DNA from: an uncultured archaeon
GTDB lineage: Archaea; Aenigmatarchaeota; Aenigmatarchaeia; CG10238-14; SCSR01
Assembly: GCA_964366355.1 (NCBI GenBank)
Contig: CAYITO010000004.1
Span: 1-33,004 of the forward strand
Reading direction: 5' to 3'
Length of the DNA: 33,004 nt
Part shown: piece by piece, positions 1 through 8,674 of the stretch
Layout of the letters: each line of letters starts with the position of its first letter
How positions within the stretch are numbered: position 1 is the stretch's first letter
Position numbers and translations under genes: made by a program
Notes under the pieces: generated by a model
Databases searched by the model: none
Told to the model about the DNA's origin: nothing
Seen by the model: the letters and a program-made list of their open reading frames with translations, nothing else

Positions 1-2
1 AG

Positions 3-281
3 CAGAAGCTGAACAAACACCTGCACCAACTCCAGAGATTGGCAGATGCCTACAATTTGGCCATCTATATTACTAATCAAGTTATGGCAAGGCCCGATAT
101 ACTATTTGGAGATCCTACAATGCCGATTGGAGGGCACGTTCTTGCACACCAGGCGACTTACAGATGCTATCTGAGGCGTGGCAGAGAAAACACGCGTGTA
201 TGCAAATTGGTTGACAGTCCAGGCCTCCCAGAGAGCGAGGCTGTGTTCAAGATTACAGAAACAGGGGTAAAGGACGTATAG
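3..281 (+). CDS. radA: DNA repair/recombination protein RadA, C-terminal part (5' end lies outside the window)
   Basis: Frame is open from base 3: [67 protein letters not shown], the RadA/Rad51 C-terminus. Confidence 0.97.
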   Translation, partial: QKLNKHLHQLQRLADAYNLAIYITNQVMARPDILFGDPTMPIGGHVLAHQATYRCYLRRGRENTRVCKLVDSPGLPESEAVFKITETGVKDV

Positions 282-827
282 TTATCTTATCAAGCTGTAT
301 ATTGCCGGCCCGAATTGCGAGAAGAGTATATAGTTGAATATCACATTTGTGACAGCATATGGAAGGAAATTGCCAAGATTCTGAGGAAATGTAACTGCTG
401 TTAAAGCGAGGTTTATTACATTAATTCCAAGCATCAGGTAAATGCCCAGGGTAACAAAACTGAAGCCAGCCAAAGTTCCTGATAAAATTCCCGCAGCTAC
501 ATAAATGGGGACTACCCACAAGACATAGATTCCTGCAGAAAAATGGCCTACGGTTAAATGTGTGATTACCAAAAACAAACCGACTACTGCGCCGGTGCTT
601 GGACCAAAAACAAACCCTGCCAAAATAGTGGTAAACGTCGCCAGCTCCACGCCTATCGATTTTGCCATTTGGAACATCCCAACGAAGTAACTTATGACCA
701 AACTCGTGAGAATTAAAACTGCTAAAATGAAAAATTTCTGCAGAACCAATACCATCACCATCAGTGCAAATCCTAAAATCAAGTATCTCTTAAAATTCCT
801 GCTTTCAAATAAATCCCTTAGTTTCAT
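282..827 (-). CDS. Polytopic membrane protein, possibly ECF S-component-like
   Basis: About 6 hydrophobic segments; the ILAGFVFGPSTGAVVG motif resembles ECF S-components. ATG at 827 is preferred over 851 from TATA spacing. Confidence 0.55.
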   Translation of the reverse strand: MKLRDLFESRNFKRYLILGFALMVMVLVLQKFFILAVLILTSLVISYFVGMFQMAKSIGVELATFTTILAGFVFGPSTGAVVGLFLVITHLTVGHFSAGIYVLWVVPIYVAAGILSGTLAGFSFVTLGIYLMLGINVINLALTAVTFPQNLGNFLPYAVTNVIFNYILFSQFGPAIYSLIR

Positions 828-850
828 TAATTTCAAATCGCGGTTGAGCA

Positions 851-858
851 TTTAAATA
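851..858. promoter_or_regulatory. Putative bidirectional TATA box (TTTAAATA)
   Basis: Palindromic TTTAAA at 851-856 lies at typical archaeal leaderless spacing from both ATG 878 (+) and ATG 827 (-). Confidence 0.5.
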
Positions 859-877
859 ATGCAGTAGAATGTCATTT

Positions 878-1501
878 ATGAAAATCATCTACAGAGGTGC
901 GGAAAGCCTGATACGCCTAGAAGATTTCGAGGGTCAGGAAGCCATAGTCAAGGAAAGGATATCAAAGAATTATAGACTAAATCAGTTGGACGATAAGCTG
1001 AGGAAGGAGAGGACAAGAAAGGAGGTCAAGCTGCTTACCGAGGCAAGAAAAGTTGGCGTACCCACACCGAAAATATTGTACGCAGGTGAAAAGGACTCCA
1101 AGATAGTTATGGAAAATATTTCTGGCACTAGGGTTAAGGAATTCCTGAATTCTGCAAGTGAACTGGATGATAGAAGAGTCTGCCTCGAAATAGGGAGACT
1201 GGTCGGGAGACTGCACCATAACAACATAATACATGGCGATTTGACGACTTCAAACATGATTTTGAAAGGGGATCAAATTTTCTTCATAGACTTCAGCTTG
1301 GGCGAGATTTCTTCCAAGATAGAAGACAAAGGCGTCGATCTGAACCTGTTTATGGAAGCCCTAAATTCCACACATTTCAAGATTGCCGACAAGTGCTGGT
1401 CTAACTTTACGGATGGCTATAAGAAAGAATATTTGGATGCAGAACAAGTATTAGAAAAGGTTAAAGAGATTAAAAAACGTGTAAGATATGCTGAAAGATA
1501 G
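878..1501 (+). CDS. bud32: KEOPS complex kinase/ATPase Bud32
   Basis: RGAES, KER.SK.YR..LD..LR..RT..E, HGDLTTSN, FIDFSL and EDKGVDL motifs. Start is 878 or 869. Confidence 0.95.
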   Translation: MKIIYRGAESLIRLEDFEGQEAIVKERISKNYRLNQLDDKLRKERTRKEVKLLTEARKVGVPTPKILYAGEKDSKIVMENISGTRVKEFLNSASELDDRRVCLEIGRLVGRLHHNNIIHGDLTTSNMILKGDQIFFIDFSLGEISSKIEDKGVDLNLFMEALNSTHFKIADKCWSNFTDGYKKEYLDAEQVLEKVKEIKKRVRYAER

Positions 1502-1518
1502 GATAATTCAGTGATTTG

Positions 1519-1752
1519 ATGAATCTGTTTACGAAATTGAAGGGCAAGGACAAATTTGAAACTTTGGAGAACTACTCTATCGCGTTTATTTTGCTCGGCG
1601 GTTTAATTTTGTCCTCTGGAATGGGTCTTGTATCAGTTCTTTCGACAAAGGGGATACCGGCAATTCTGGCCATGCTGGGAAGCTTGATTGCATTTTTAGC
1701 AACTGTGGTTTTGATTATCATCTGGCTAATAAAAGAGTTCAAGAGTGATTAA
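1519..1752 (+). CDS. Small two-helix membrane protein of unknown function
   Basis: Two hydrophobic segments; fills the gap between bud32 and rps15, and its stop directly abuts the rps15 ATG. Confidence 0.75.
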   Translation: MNLFTKLKGKDKFETLENYSIAFILLGGLILSSGMGLVSVLSTKGIPAILAMLGSLIAFLATVVLIIIWLIKEFKSD

Positions 1753-2211
1753 ATGGCACGAATTTACTCAGGCAAAAAGGGAAAGCACACCAGCCATAAG
1801 CCGGCAATTAAGGTCAAGCCCAAATGGGTGAAGCAAACTGCTGAAGGGGTGGAGAATCTTGTTATAGAATTGGCAAAGAACAAATACAGTTCGGCCATGA
1901 TAGGCACTCTATTGAGGGACAGATACGGCGTGCCGGATGCCAAGCTGATAACAGGCAAGACAATCGGCCAGATAATGAAGGACAACAAGTTATATCCTGA
2001 TTATCCTGAAGATTTGTTGAACTTATTTAAGGGCGTTGTAACAGTTAGAGAGCATCTGAATTTGAATAAAAAAGACAAGCACAGCAGAAGAGGACTGGCC
2101 AATTTGGAGTCCAAGATCAGGCGCTTGATAAAGTATTATTCTAGGGAGGGCAAAATTCCTAAGGGCTTCGCATACGATTATCAGAAAGTAAAGTTGCTGG
2201 TGCAGAAATAA
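1753..2211 (+). CDS. rps15: 30S ribosomal protein uS15 (S13e/S15p)
   Basis: MARIYS.KKG.., IG..LRD.YGVP, PEDL.NL, KKDKHSRRGL..LESKIRRLIKYY. Confidence 0.97.
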   Translation: MARIYSGKKGKHTSHKPAIKVKPKWVKQTAEGVENLVIELAKNKYSSAMIGTLLRDRYGVPDAKLITGKTIGQIMKDNKLYPDYPEDLLNLFKGVVTVREHLNLNKKDKHSRRGLANLESKIRRLIKYYSREGKIPKGFAYDYQKVKLLVQK

Positions 2212-2269
2212 GCTCTCAGGCAAAACATAAAACTATGTCTTAATAATGATTTTAGATAATGTGATTTGA

Positions 2270-2821
2270 ATGGCAGCAAAAAAGATCAAAGAATGGTACA
2301 AAATAATGGCACCCGAATCTTTTGGGGGGAAGGAGATAGGCAAGACATTGGCTTTGGAACCCTCTACACTAGTCGGTAAAAGAATTGTCTTGAGTGCCAT
2401 GGAATTGACTGATAATTTTAGCAAGTATTATCTGAAGTTTTCATTCAGGATAACAAAAGTAGACGGGAAGCTGGCATTCGCAGAATTCGACGGGACAGAA
2501 TGCCTCAGGGATTATTTATCAAGGATGGTTTTGAGGCGGGTTAGGCGAATAGACACAATCCAAGACTTGATGACTAAAGACAAGAAAAAAATCAGGGTAA
2601 AGGGGCTTGGAGTCATCGGAAGAAGGGTTAAAAGCAGCATAAAGGTGAAAGTCAGCAATAAAATCAGGGAAGTCTTGAAATCCATGATTGAGGACATGAC
2701 TTTGGACGAATTCGTGCAGGAAATCCTCTCCGATGAAATCAAAAATGTAATCTTTGACGAAGTTCGCAGCACTTACCCTCTTAGGAATTTCGAAATTAGA
2801 AAAACCGAAGTTATCGCATAA
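2270..2821 (+). CDS. rps3ae: 30S ribosomal protein eS1 (S3Ae)
   Basis: KEWYKI.AP..FG..EIG.T, RDYL.R.V.R...RID, YPLR.FEIRK.EV; usual neighbour of rps15. Confidence 0.95.
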   Translation: MAAKKIKEWYKIMAPESFGGKEIGKTLALEPSTLVGKRIVLSAMELTDNFSKYYLKFSFRITKVDGKLAFAEFDGTECLRDYLSRMVLRRVRRIDTIQDLMTKDKKKIRVKGLGVIGRRVKSSIKVKVSNKIREVLKSMIEDMTLDEFVQEILSDEIKNVIFDEVRSTYPLRNFEIRKTEVIA

Positions 2822-3971
2822 GATATTTTATTGCAGGTATGCCGAAGATATTGAAGAGAAGCAGCAACGCTACAGCTATTGAAATGAACTTTATCAATTT
2901 CTTGCTTTTATTACCAAAGTATTTTTTAAGTATCTCCTCGTAGAACAATCCGCCATCAAGCGGTTTTATCGGCAGCATGTTTGCGAAGCCAACACCGAAG
3001 TTGAGTATATACAACCACACAATTAATCCAAAAAGCCAATTTAAAGGCGCTTCATACATTTTTAAACTATCTTTGATACCTGCATGTGTGGCCGCATTAC
3101 TAATTCCTATGTAAGAACCAGATTTATCATCAGGTCTGCTTATTGTCTTTAGCGTGAATATACCTTTTGTAGTAGAAACTTGAATTTCACTTCCAGGTTC
3201 CGTATCGTTTAATATTCTTGATAGATCTTGAATAGTTTTTACTTCTTTACCATTAATTGCATATATAGTTCCATTTAAGCCTACATTATACGCCGGTAAA
3301 TCTTTTACTGATTCAGAAAAAATAACCCCTTTGGTTTCGTAAAAAATTGGAAATAATCCTTCTGGAAAGAAGTCCGTTGGCAAAAAACTAATTAAAAAGA
3401 TTAAAAAAATCATCGCTAATACTATATTGATAAAACTACCGGCCGAAAGTATCCTTAGTTTTTTAAGAGTGCTTAATTTCTTTAGTTGCTTTTCATCAGG
3501 GTCTACAAATGCCCCTATAGGCAGGACCAGAAATGTAATCAGACCATAACTCTTTATTTTCACATTGTACAATCTGGCAAAAATGCCATGCATGCTTTCA
3601 TGGAAAAATATAATTATAAAAATCCCTATTATCCAATACCAGAACGGCACTCCAACTATTGGTGCTGGATAGGAAACACCTGTTACTGAAGGAAGAGCCA
3701 GTCCAAATGCCTGCTGGAATTGAAGGCTTAGTTGGATTATGAAATAAAGCCCTAAAAAGGTGGACAATATACCTACAGCGATGGATAGAATTCCTATTCC
3801 GGGCAATATCGCTTGGAATTTATTTGCAATTACATCTAGAATTTCTTTTCCACGATTCCATCTAATTATCGATATACCATTGTTATATGTTATGTTTTTT
3901 CTATTTTTTAGAAGGAGCAAACTAACCAGTGCGAAAAATATCAGCAATGATACAATTTCTAAATTTACCAT
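2811..3971 (-). CDS. Site-2 protease (M50) with PDZ-like insert
   Basis: HESMH zinc motif, GAFVDPDE, AGSF.N and NMLPIKPLDGG; PA...GL...I..ING segment is PDZ-like. Confidence 0.95.
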   Translation of the reverse strand: MVNLEIVSLLIFFALVSLLLLKNRKNITYNNGISIIRWNRGKEILDVIANKFQAILPGIGILSIAVGILSTFLGLYFIIQLSLQFQQAFGLALPSVTGVSYPAPIVGVPFWYWIIGIFIIIFFHESMHGIFARLYNVKIKSYGLITFLVLPIGAFVDPDEKQLKKLSTLKKLRILSAGSFINIVLAMIFLIFLISFLPTDFFPEGLFPIFYETKGVIFSESVKDLPAYNVGLNGTIYAINGKEVKTIQDLSRILNDTEPGSEIQVSTTKGIFTLKTISRPDDKSGSYIGISNAATHAGIKDSLKMYEAPLNWLFGLIVWLYILNFGVGFANMLPIKPLDGGLFYEEILKKYFGNKSKKLIKFISIAVALLLLFNIFGIPAIKYLMR

Positions 3972-4002
3972 TACAAAATTATCGGTTTTTTAATTTATTA
4001 GG

Positions 4003-4027
4003 ATGCAGGGGAAGAGATTTGAACTCA
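4003..4027. repeat. Duplicated tRNA-Leu 3' end (att-like direct repeat)
   Basis: atgcaggggAAgagatttgaactca (4003-4027) versus atgcaggggGTgagatttgaactca (4535-4559): 23 of 25 identical. Confidence 0.9.
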
Positions 4028-4067
4028 TAAAAATTACTAATTTAAATTGCTATCACAAATTAATAAT

Positions 4068-4277
4068 ATGAAGCAGCTCAGGGAATTTGGTATAGTAAAA
4101 CAATTTTTAAGCGAAATGAAAGATGTTAAAAAAAGATTAATGAGAGTTGAGAGTATGCTTGCCGAAGAACAACTGACGCCTGAAGACTGGAAGGAAATAA
4201 GAAAGTCCAGAGAAGAAATAAAAAAAGGAAGATATGTAACCTTGGAACAGTTGAAGAAAGAGCTGCGAAATAAATGA
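4068..4277 (+). CDS. Putative antitoxin (archaeal RelB-like)
   Basis: Small protein with acidic core and EEIKKGRYVTLEQLKKEL C-terminus; overlaps the relE-like gene; TTTAAA at 4041, 27 nt upstream of ATG 4068. Confidence 0.75.
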   Translation: MKQLREFGIVKQFLSEMKDVKKRLMRVESMLAEEQLTPEDWKEIRKSREEIKKGRYVTLEQLKKELRNK

Positions 4278-4525
4278 CTTTTTCAGTCATAGTTCCTAAG
4301 AGAATAAGTAAAAAGTTAAGAAAATATTCTGCCGATTTGCAAAATAAACTACTTAGGAAATTTGATGAATTGATAGATTTTCCTAAAGGTTTGGATATAA
4401 AGAAAATTGGAAAAATAACTTACAGAGTTAGAACCGGCGATTTTAGAATCATTCTAGATGTTTATTTTGATCGAAGAGTGATTGAAGTTGTTAAGTTAGA
4501 TGTTAGAGGACGAATTCACTATTAA
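4274..4525 (+). CDS. relE: RelE/ParE-family toxin
   Basis: 83 aa, basic; DIKKI...YRVRTGDFRII and R..I.Y C-terminus are typical of RelE/StbE. Confidence 0.85.
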   Translation: MTFSVIVPKRISKKLRKYSADLQNKLLRKFDELIDFPKGLDIKKIGKITYRVRTGDFRIILDVYFDRRVIEVVKLDVRGRIHY

Positions 4526-4535
4526 AATAAGAGTA

Positions 4536-4621
4536 TGCAGGGGGTGAGATTTGAACTCACGAAGGTACTAAACCACTAGCTTCTGAAGCTAGTCCGATTG
4601 ACCAGACTACGGGACCCCTGC
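4536..4621 (-). tRNA. tRNA-Leu(CAG), no intron, CCA not encoded
   Basis: Minus strand folds as acceptor GCAGGGG/CCCCTGC+A, anticodon arm CTAGC-TTCAGAA-GCTAG, long variable arm GGT-TTAGT-ACC and T arm GTGAG-TTCAAAT-CTCAC. Confidence 0.96.
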
Positions 4622-5296
4622 TTATCCATTGAGTTCCTTCAAATCCTTATGAGTATCTATAGATCTCCAGTTACACGAATCAGCCAATAAAAATGCATGC
4701 AATTCACAAGATTTAACAAGTTTCGGATATACATCAGTCTCTACGTCACCGTTTTTCACAAATAATTTTAATAGGTCTTTGGGAATAACCGTATAGCCAG
4801 CATTAATCCACTCTTTCATCCTTGGCTTTTCAACAAATTTTTTAAGTTTGATGCCATCTCCGGAATTTTCTATTTCCGCAATTCCGAATGGACTTTTAGG
4901 TCTTACAAGCGACACAATCGGTTTTGAAATTTTCTGAAATTCATTGATTAATTTGTCAATGGGAAAATCAGTTATCACATCCCCGTTGACTAGAATGAAA
5001 TCATCTTTTATCAAGTCTTTAGCATTATTCACGGCCCCTGCAGTCCCAAGCTTTTCCTTTTCCACAGAATAGCTTATCTTAACCCCGAATTTTTTCCCAT
5101 CACCAAAATAATTCTTTATCTCCTCGCTCTTGTAGCCGCACAGAAGTACAAAATTATTTATACCTGATTTTTTGATATGCTTAATCACATGCTCCAAAAT
5201 AGGCTTTCGATTCAGTTGTAGCATGACCTTCGGTATCTTCTCGGTATAAGGTCTGAGCCTTTCACCCAACCCTCCACACAAAATCACCGCTTGCAT
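4622..5296 (-). CDS. Sugar-phosphate nucleotidyltransferase (NTP_transferase family)
   Basis: AVILCGGLGERLRPYT..IPK.M, E.EKLGTAGA, NGDV, FVEKP, INAG. Confidence 0.93.
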   Translation of the reverse strand: MQAVILCGGLGERLRPYTEKIPKVMLQLNRKPILEHVIKHIKKSGINNFVLLCGYKSEEIKNYFGDGKKFGVKISYSVEKEKLGTAGAVNNAKDLIKDDFILVNGDVITDFPIDKLINEFQKISKPIVSLVRPKSPFGIAEIENSGDGIKLKKFVEKPRMKEWINAGYTVIPKDLLKLFVKNGDVETDVYPKLVKSCELHAFLLADSCNWRSIDTHKDLKELNG

Positions 5297-6093
5297 TATT
5301 TCACCATTATATCTATCCTTATCTTCATTTGCCTCGGTGCATACGGCAATACAGGTTTCTTACCCATGATAACATAACGCCTCTTCATCTTCTTTAATTC
5401 TTTGCCGATGGTTTCTAAAGCTTTTGTGAACAAATCTTCCTCCTTTCCTATACTGTAGAAATTGATGATACCTCCAGCTGGTTTTAGGCACTTTACGGCA
5501 GTATCGATAAACTCACCAGCTCCCAAGGGTAACGGCATGACAATCCTGTCACACTTGCCGTATAGTCCTTTGCATACTCTTTTGGCATCTCCTACTATCG
5601 GAACAATCTTGTGTGATAACTTGTTCATTCTTACATTATCTACTGCATATTTGTGAGCGTCAGGATTCAGTTCCACTGAATAAATTTTATTAACATTTGG
5701 TTGCTTTTTTGCAATTGCGATTGAAATGACAGAAATACCACCAAACATCACTAAAATGGTTTCATTAACATTCACCCGTTCTGCTATTCTCTGCCTTTCT
5801 GTAGACTCCCTCGGCGAAAAATAAACCTTTCTTGGATCAACTTTTAGGATATACCCAAACTCTCTGTGTAAAACTTCCGTATTCCTATCACCAGCAATTA
5901 TCTTGTATTCTGATTTTCTGAGCCTGCCTTTCCTGCCAGAAATCTTTTCAAGAACTGATTTCACATTTTTGTTGTTTTCCATTATTTCTTTTACAATCTT
6001 TTTTTTGGATTCTTTTGACCCTTTTGGCATTTCCAGCAATGCTACAGTCTTCTCTTTCGAGCCTACCAGATCAAACGCCATTCTTTTCACCAA
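5296..6093 (-). CDS. Trm5/Taw2 (Met-10+) family SAM-dependent tRNA modification enzyme
   Basis: FDLVG, HRE.G...KVD..KVYFSPR.STERQRI, MFGG, VELNP.A, DRIVMPLP. Confidence 0.88.
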   Translation of the reverse strand: MVKRMAFDLVGSKEKTVALLEMPKGSKESKKKIVKEIMENNKNVKSVLEKISGRKGRLRKSEYKIIAGDRNTEVLHREFGYILKVDPRKVYFSPRESTERQRIAERVNVNETILVMFGGISVISIAIAKKQPNVNKIYSVELNPDAHKYAVDNVRMNKLSHKIVPIVGDAKRVCKGLYGKCDRIVMPLPLGAGEFIDTAVKCLKPAGGIINFYSIGKEEDLFTKALETIGKELKKMKRRYVIMGKKPVLPYAPRQMKIRIDIMVK

Positions 6094-6166
6094 AATGCAA
6101 ATCTAGAATTGCACCCATTTTCATATGAATAAAAAAGATTTAAACATTGATTAACTTTTGTAGTGT

Positions 6167-6898
6167 ATGCTTACGCTAGTAGGATTAGGTTTGTTTGATG
6201 AACGAGATTTGACATTGAGAGGGCTGGAAGCCACTAAAAATGCAGACAAAGTTTACATCGAACTTTATACAGGAAGATGGGGTGGTAGTGTCGAACGCCT
6301 ATCCAAAACTATCGGTAAGGATATTGTAGAATTATTTAGAAAAGATCTAGAGGAAAATTCTTCTAAAATTTTAGATGAGGCGAAGAATAAAAAAATCACA
6401 ATCTTAGTTCAAGGTGACCCGCTCGTAGCAACAACGCATAATTCATTGTTGCTTGATGCCAGGAAAAAAAGGATCAAAACCGAAATCATACATAATGCAT
6501 CAATTGTCTCAGCAATTGCAGAAACAGGTTTGCACATTTACAAATTCGGCCCATCAGTCACAATACCCTTTCCTGAAAAAACTAAGGGGAAGGCACCAGA
6601 ATCTATTTTTGAGATTATTAAGGCGAACAAAAAAAGGGGGCTCCATACTTTATGCCTTCTGGATGTAGTTGCTGAAGAGGACAAGTATATGACAGTTACT
6701 CAAGGGTTGAGAATCCTATCTCTAGATAAAATGTTTGCCAAAGATAGATTAGTTGTTTTTTCTAAAGCAGGAAGCAACACGCCTTCAATATTTTATGACA
6801 CTGTCAGCAACCTGATTAAAAAAGATATAAAAGATATACCATCTGTAATAATCATTCCAGGCAAATTGCATTTCACTGAAAAGGAGTTTCTAGAATAA
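6167..6898 (+). CDS. dph5: Diphthine synthase
   Basis: LTLVGLGL.DE.D.TLRG, Y.E.YT, GDPLVATTH, HNASI, GLHIYKFG..VTIPF, GLHTLCLLD, IIPG.LHFTE.EFL. Confidence 0.96.
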   Translation: MLTLVGLGLFDERDLTLRGLEATKNADKVYIELYTGRWGGSVERLSKTIGKDIVELFRKDLEENSSKILDEAKNKKITILVQGDPLVATTHNSLLLDARKKRIKTEIIHNASIVSAIAETGLHIYKFGPSVTIPFPEKTKGKAPESIFEIIKANKKRGLHTLCLLDVVAEEDKYMTVTQGLRILSLDKMFAKDRLVVFSKAGSNTPSIFYDTVSNLIKKDIKDIPSVIIIPGKLHFTEKEFLE

Positions 6899-6905
6899 TC
6901 CGAGC

Positions 6906-7475
6906 TTATTTTCCGCCAGTTACCCAAAAAACCAGCAATCCAGTTACGACAATAAACAATAAAATAATCATGTCCTGACCAGACAAGCCTGGCAAGAAAC
7001 TGCCAGCCCTAGTGAAACCTAGAGCTACCAACCCGCCGCTGTTGATAAAAACACCAACAACGACAAGCACTAAAACGAGGGCTACATACTTTCCGAATTG
7101 ATAACCCCTACCAACCTGTCTTGGATTCCCTTGTGCATCCTGAGCAATAATAGGGGGTCCTAAAGTTTCGCCTAAAAGTACCAGAACAACAATCCCAATA
7201 ATCAAAGTTATCAAGGTTATTGTAGACTGCTGGAAGAATTGCCCAAAGAATCCGCTTAGCGTAATTCCAGCTGGTGTAAATCCTATCACGAATAGTGCTA
7301 CAGAAAATGCAATTATAGCGTTAAGCGCGTTTGTTATTCTTTCATTTGCTCGTCCAAAAATTCCAACTCTGGATAACAATCCATACAGCAATGCGAAAGT
7401 AATCAAAAAAGGCAGATAGAATGCGAATATGCCAGCATCCCTTGACACTGCAAGCAATTGGTCGAATATTCCCAT
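6906..7475 (-). CDS. Polytopic membrane protein, paralogue family A
   Basis: G.F.FYLPFLITFALLYGLL..GIFG..NAIIAFSVA...FFGQFF; about 5 TM segments. Confidence 0.85.
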   Translation of the reverse strand: MGIFDQLLAVSRDAGIFAFYLPFLITFALLYGLLSRVGIFGRANERITNALNAIIAFSVALFVIGFTPAGITLSGFFGQFFQQSTITLITLIIGIVVLVLLGETLGPPIIAQDAQGNPRQVGRGYQFGKYVALVLVLVVVGVFINSGGLVALGFTRAGSFLPGLSGQDMIILLFIVVTGLLVFWVTGGK

Positions 7476-7521
7476 TTTCAAACCTTTTTAATAGATAATT
7501 GACAATAAAAAGATAAATATA

Positions 7522-8079
7522 TCACTTGGTTTCCTTCTCTCCGCCAGCACCTAAACCCGCTATGCCTATAACAGTTACAGCCAATAGAACCACAACTACT
7601 ATGGTCAAAAGTATATCCTCAGGTATACCGCCAACCACCGTCTGCGGGAAGAACGCGTTCATCAACCCGCTTGAAATTACTATCCCAATTGATAGCAAGC
7701 CGCCAAGAAGTAAAAACGAAACAAGCATATTCCCCTTAAACTTCTCCTCCATAACTTCCCCCAAGCTCTTCTTTAAGAACATACCTGTCACAAGCAGGCC
7801 AACCATTACCGTCAGCAGCACAACAACCCCACTGAAGAAGAATTGCGCCAGCTGCTTTTCTATGTTAACACCTATCAGCACTGGGTAAGCCCAAACCATG
7901 AATGCAGCTACAAGAGCAACTACAGCATTAACCGCCACATTCCTCTCCGGCATGCCGAATATCTGGCTTCTCCTTAACAACCCATAGAATATCGCAGCCG
8001 TCAGCATGAATGGGAATAGGAACTGGAATGCGCCTATATCCTTCAACCGCAGTATTACTGTTTCAAATGGCGATACCAT
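7522..8079 (-). CDS. Polytopic membrane protein, paralogue family A
   Basis: GAFQFLFPFMLTAAIFYGLL..IFG..NAVVALVAA..LAQFF. Start moved to ATG 8079 to avoid overlap with the upstream gene. Confidence 0.85.
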   Translation of the reverse strand: MVSPFETVILRLKDIGAFQFLFPFMLTAAIFYGLLRRSQIFGMPERNVAVNAVVALVAAFMVWAYPVLIGVNIEKQLAQFFFSGVVVLLTVMVGLLVTGMFLKKSLGEVMEEKFKGNMLVSFLLLGGLLSIGIVISSGLMNAFFPQTVVGGIPEDILLTIVVVVLLAVTVIGIAGLGAGGEKETK

Positions 8080-8086
8080 GCAATCA

Positions 8087-8635
8087 CTACTTCTGCTCTC
8101 CTCCAGACATTGATGCGGATGCAAGCATGATAATTACCATGAAAATAATTAATCCAGCAACAATTAATATCACATCCCTAGGAGCGCTTGGACCTTCGCC
8201 CTCACCAGAACCTGATGTTATCACGCCAACCAACCCGCTTGTTACGAATAGAGCGATAGCAATGCCGATGAACATATACACTTTTGAAGGGCTGGCAAGC
8301 TTTTCCGACAGCGCTTTTGGAAAATCCGGGTAGAACATGCTTGCAAAAATCAAGGCAAGAATAAAAATCAACCCGACGATGGTTAGCTGCGTAAAGAAGG
8401 CTGACAACTGGGTTCCGAATGTCGATCCAATCAAAATAGGATAGCCGAATACAAGAAACGCAACCGAAAGTGAGACAACAGCAGCAAGTATCTGACCTTC
8501 CTTGGCCTCTGAAAAATATTTCGACTTCCTTAGCAATGCATAAATCAATACTGCGGTTAGGACAAACGGGAAGAAGAAGTTGTAAAAACCAAGATCGCCA
8601 AGCCCCTGCGCAACCGATTCAAAAATATTCGCCAT
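8087..8635 (-). CDS. Polytopic membrane protein, paralogue family A
   Basis: GFYNFFFPFVLTAVLIYALL..YF..AAVVSLSVA..GYPILIG..LSAFF; closest to 7522-8079. Confidence 0.85.
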   Translation of the reverse strand: MANIFESVAQGLGDLGFYNFFFPFVLTAVLIYALLRKSKYFSEAKEGQILAAVVSLSVAFLVFGYPILIGSTFGTQLSAFFTQLTIVGLIFILALIFASMFYPDFPKALSEKLASPSKVYMFIGIAIALFVTSGLVGVITSGSGEGEGPSAPRDVILIVAGLIIFMVIIMLASASMSGGEQK

Positions 8636-8674
8636 CAGCCTCAATTAATTAATTCTTCTGCAAGGAATTTAAGT

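Larger units (their letters stand above)
4003..4559. mobile_element. Minimal tRNA-integrated cassette or island remnant containing only a toxin-antitoxin pair
   Basis: Bounded by the tRNA 3' end and its copy; AT-rich; no integrase inside. Confidence 0.7.

Noticed and set aside
4003-4027. Second tRNA gene or split-tRNA half
   Set aside because: Only the T-arm and acceptor 3' portion is present, with mismatches. There is no anticodon half or complementary leader, so it fits an att remnant better.
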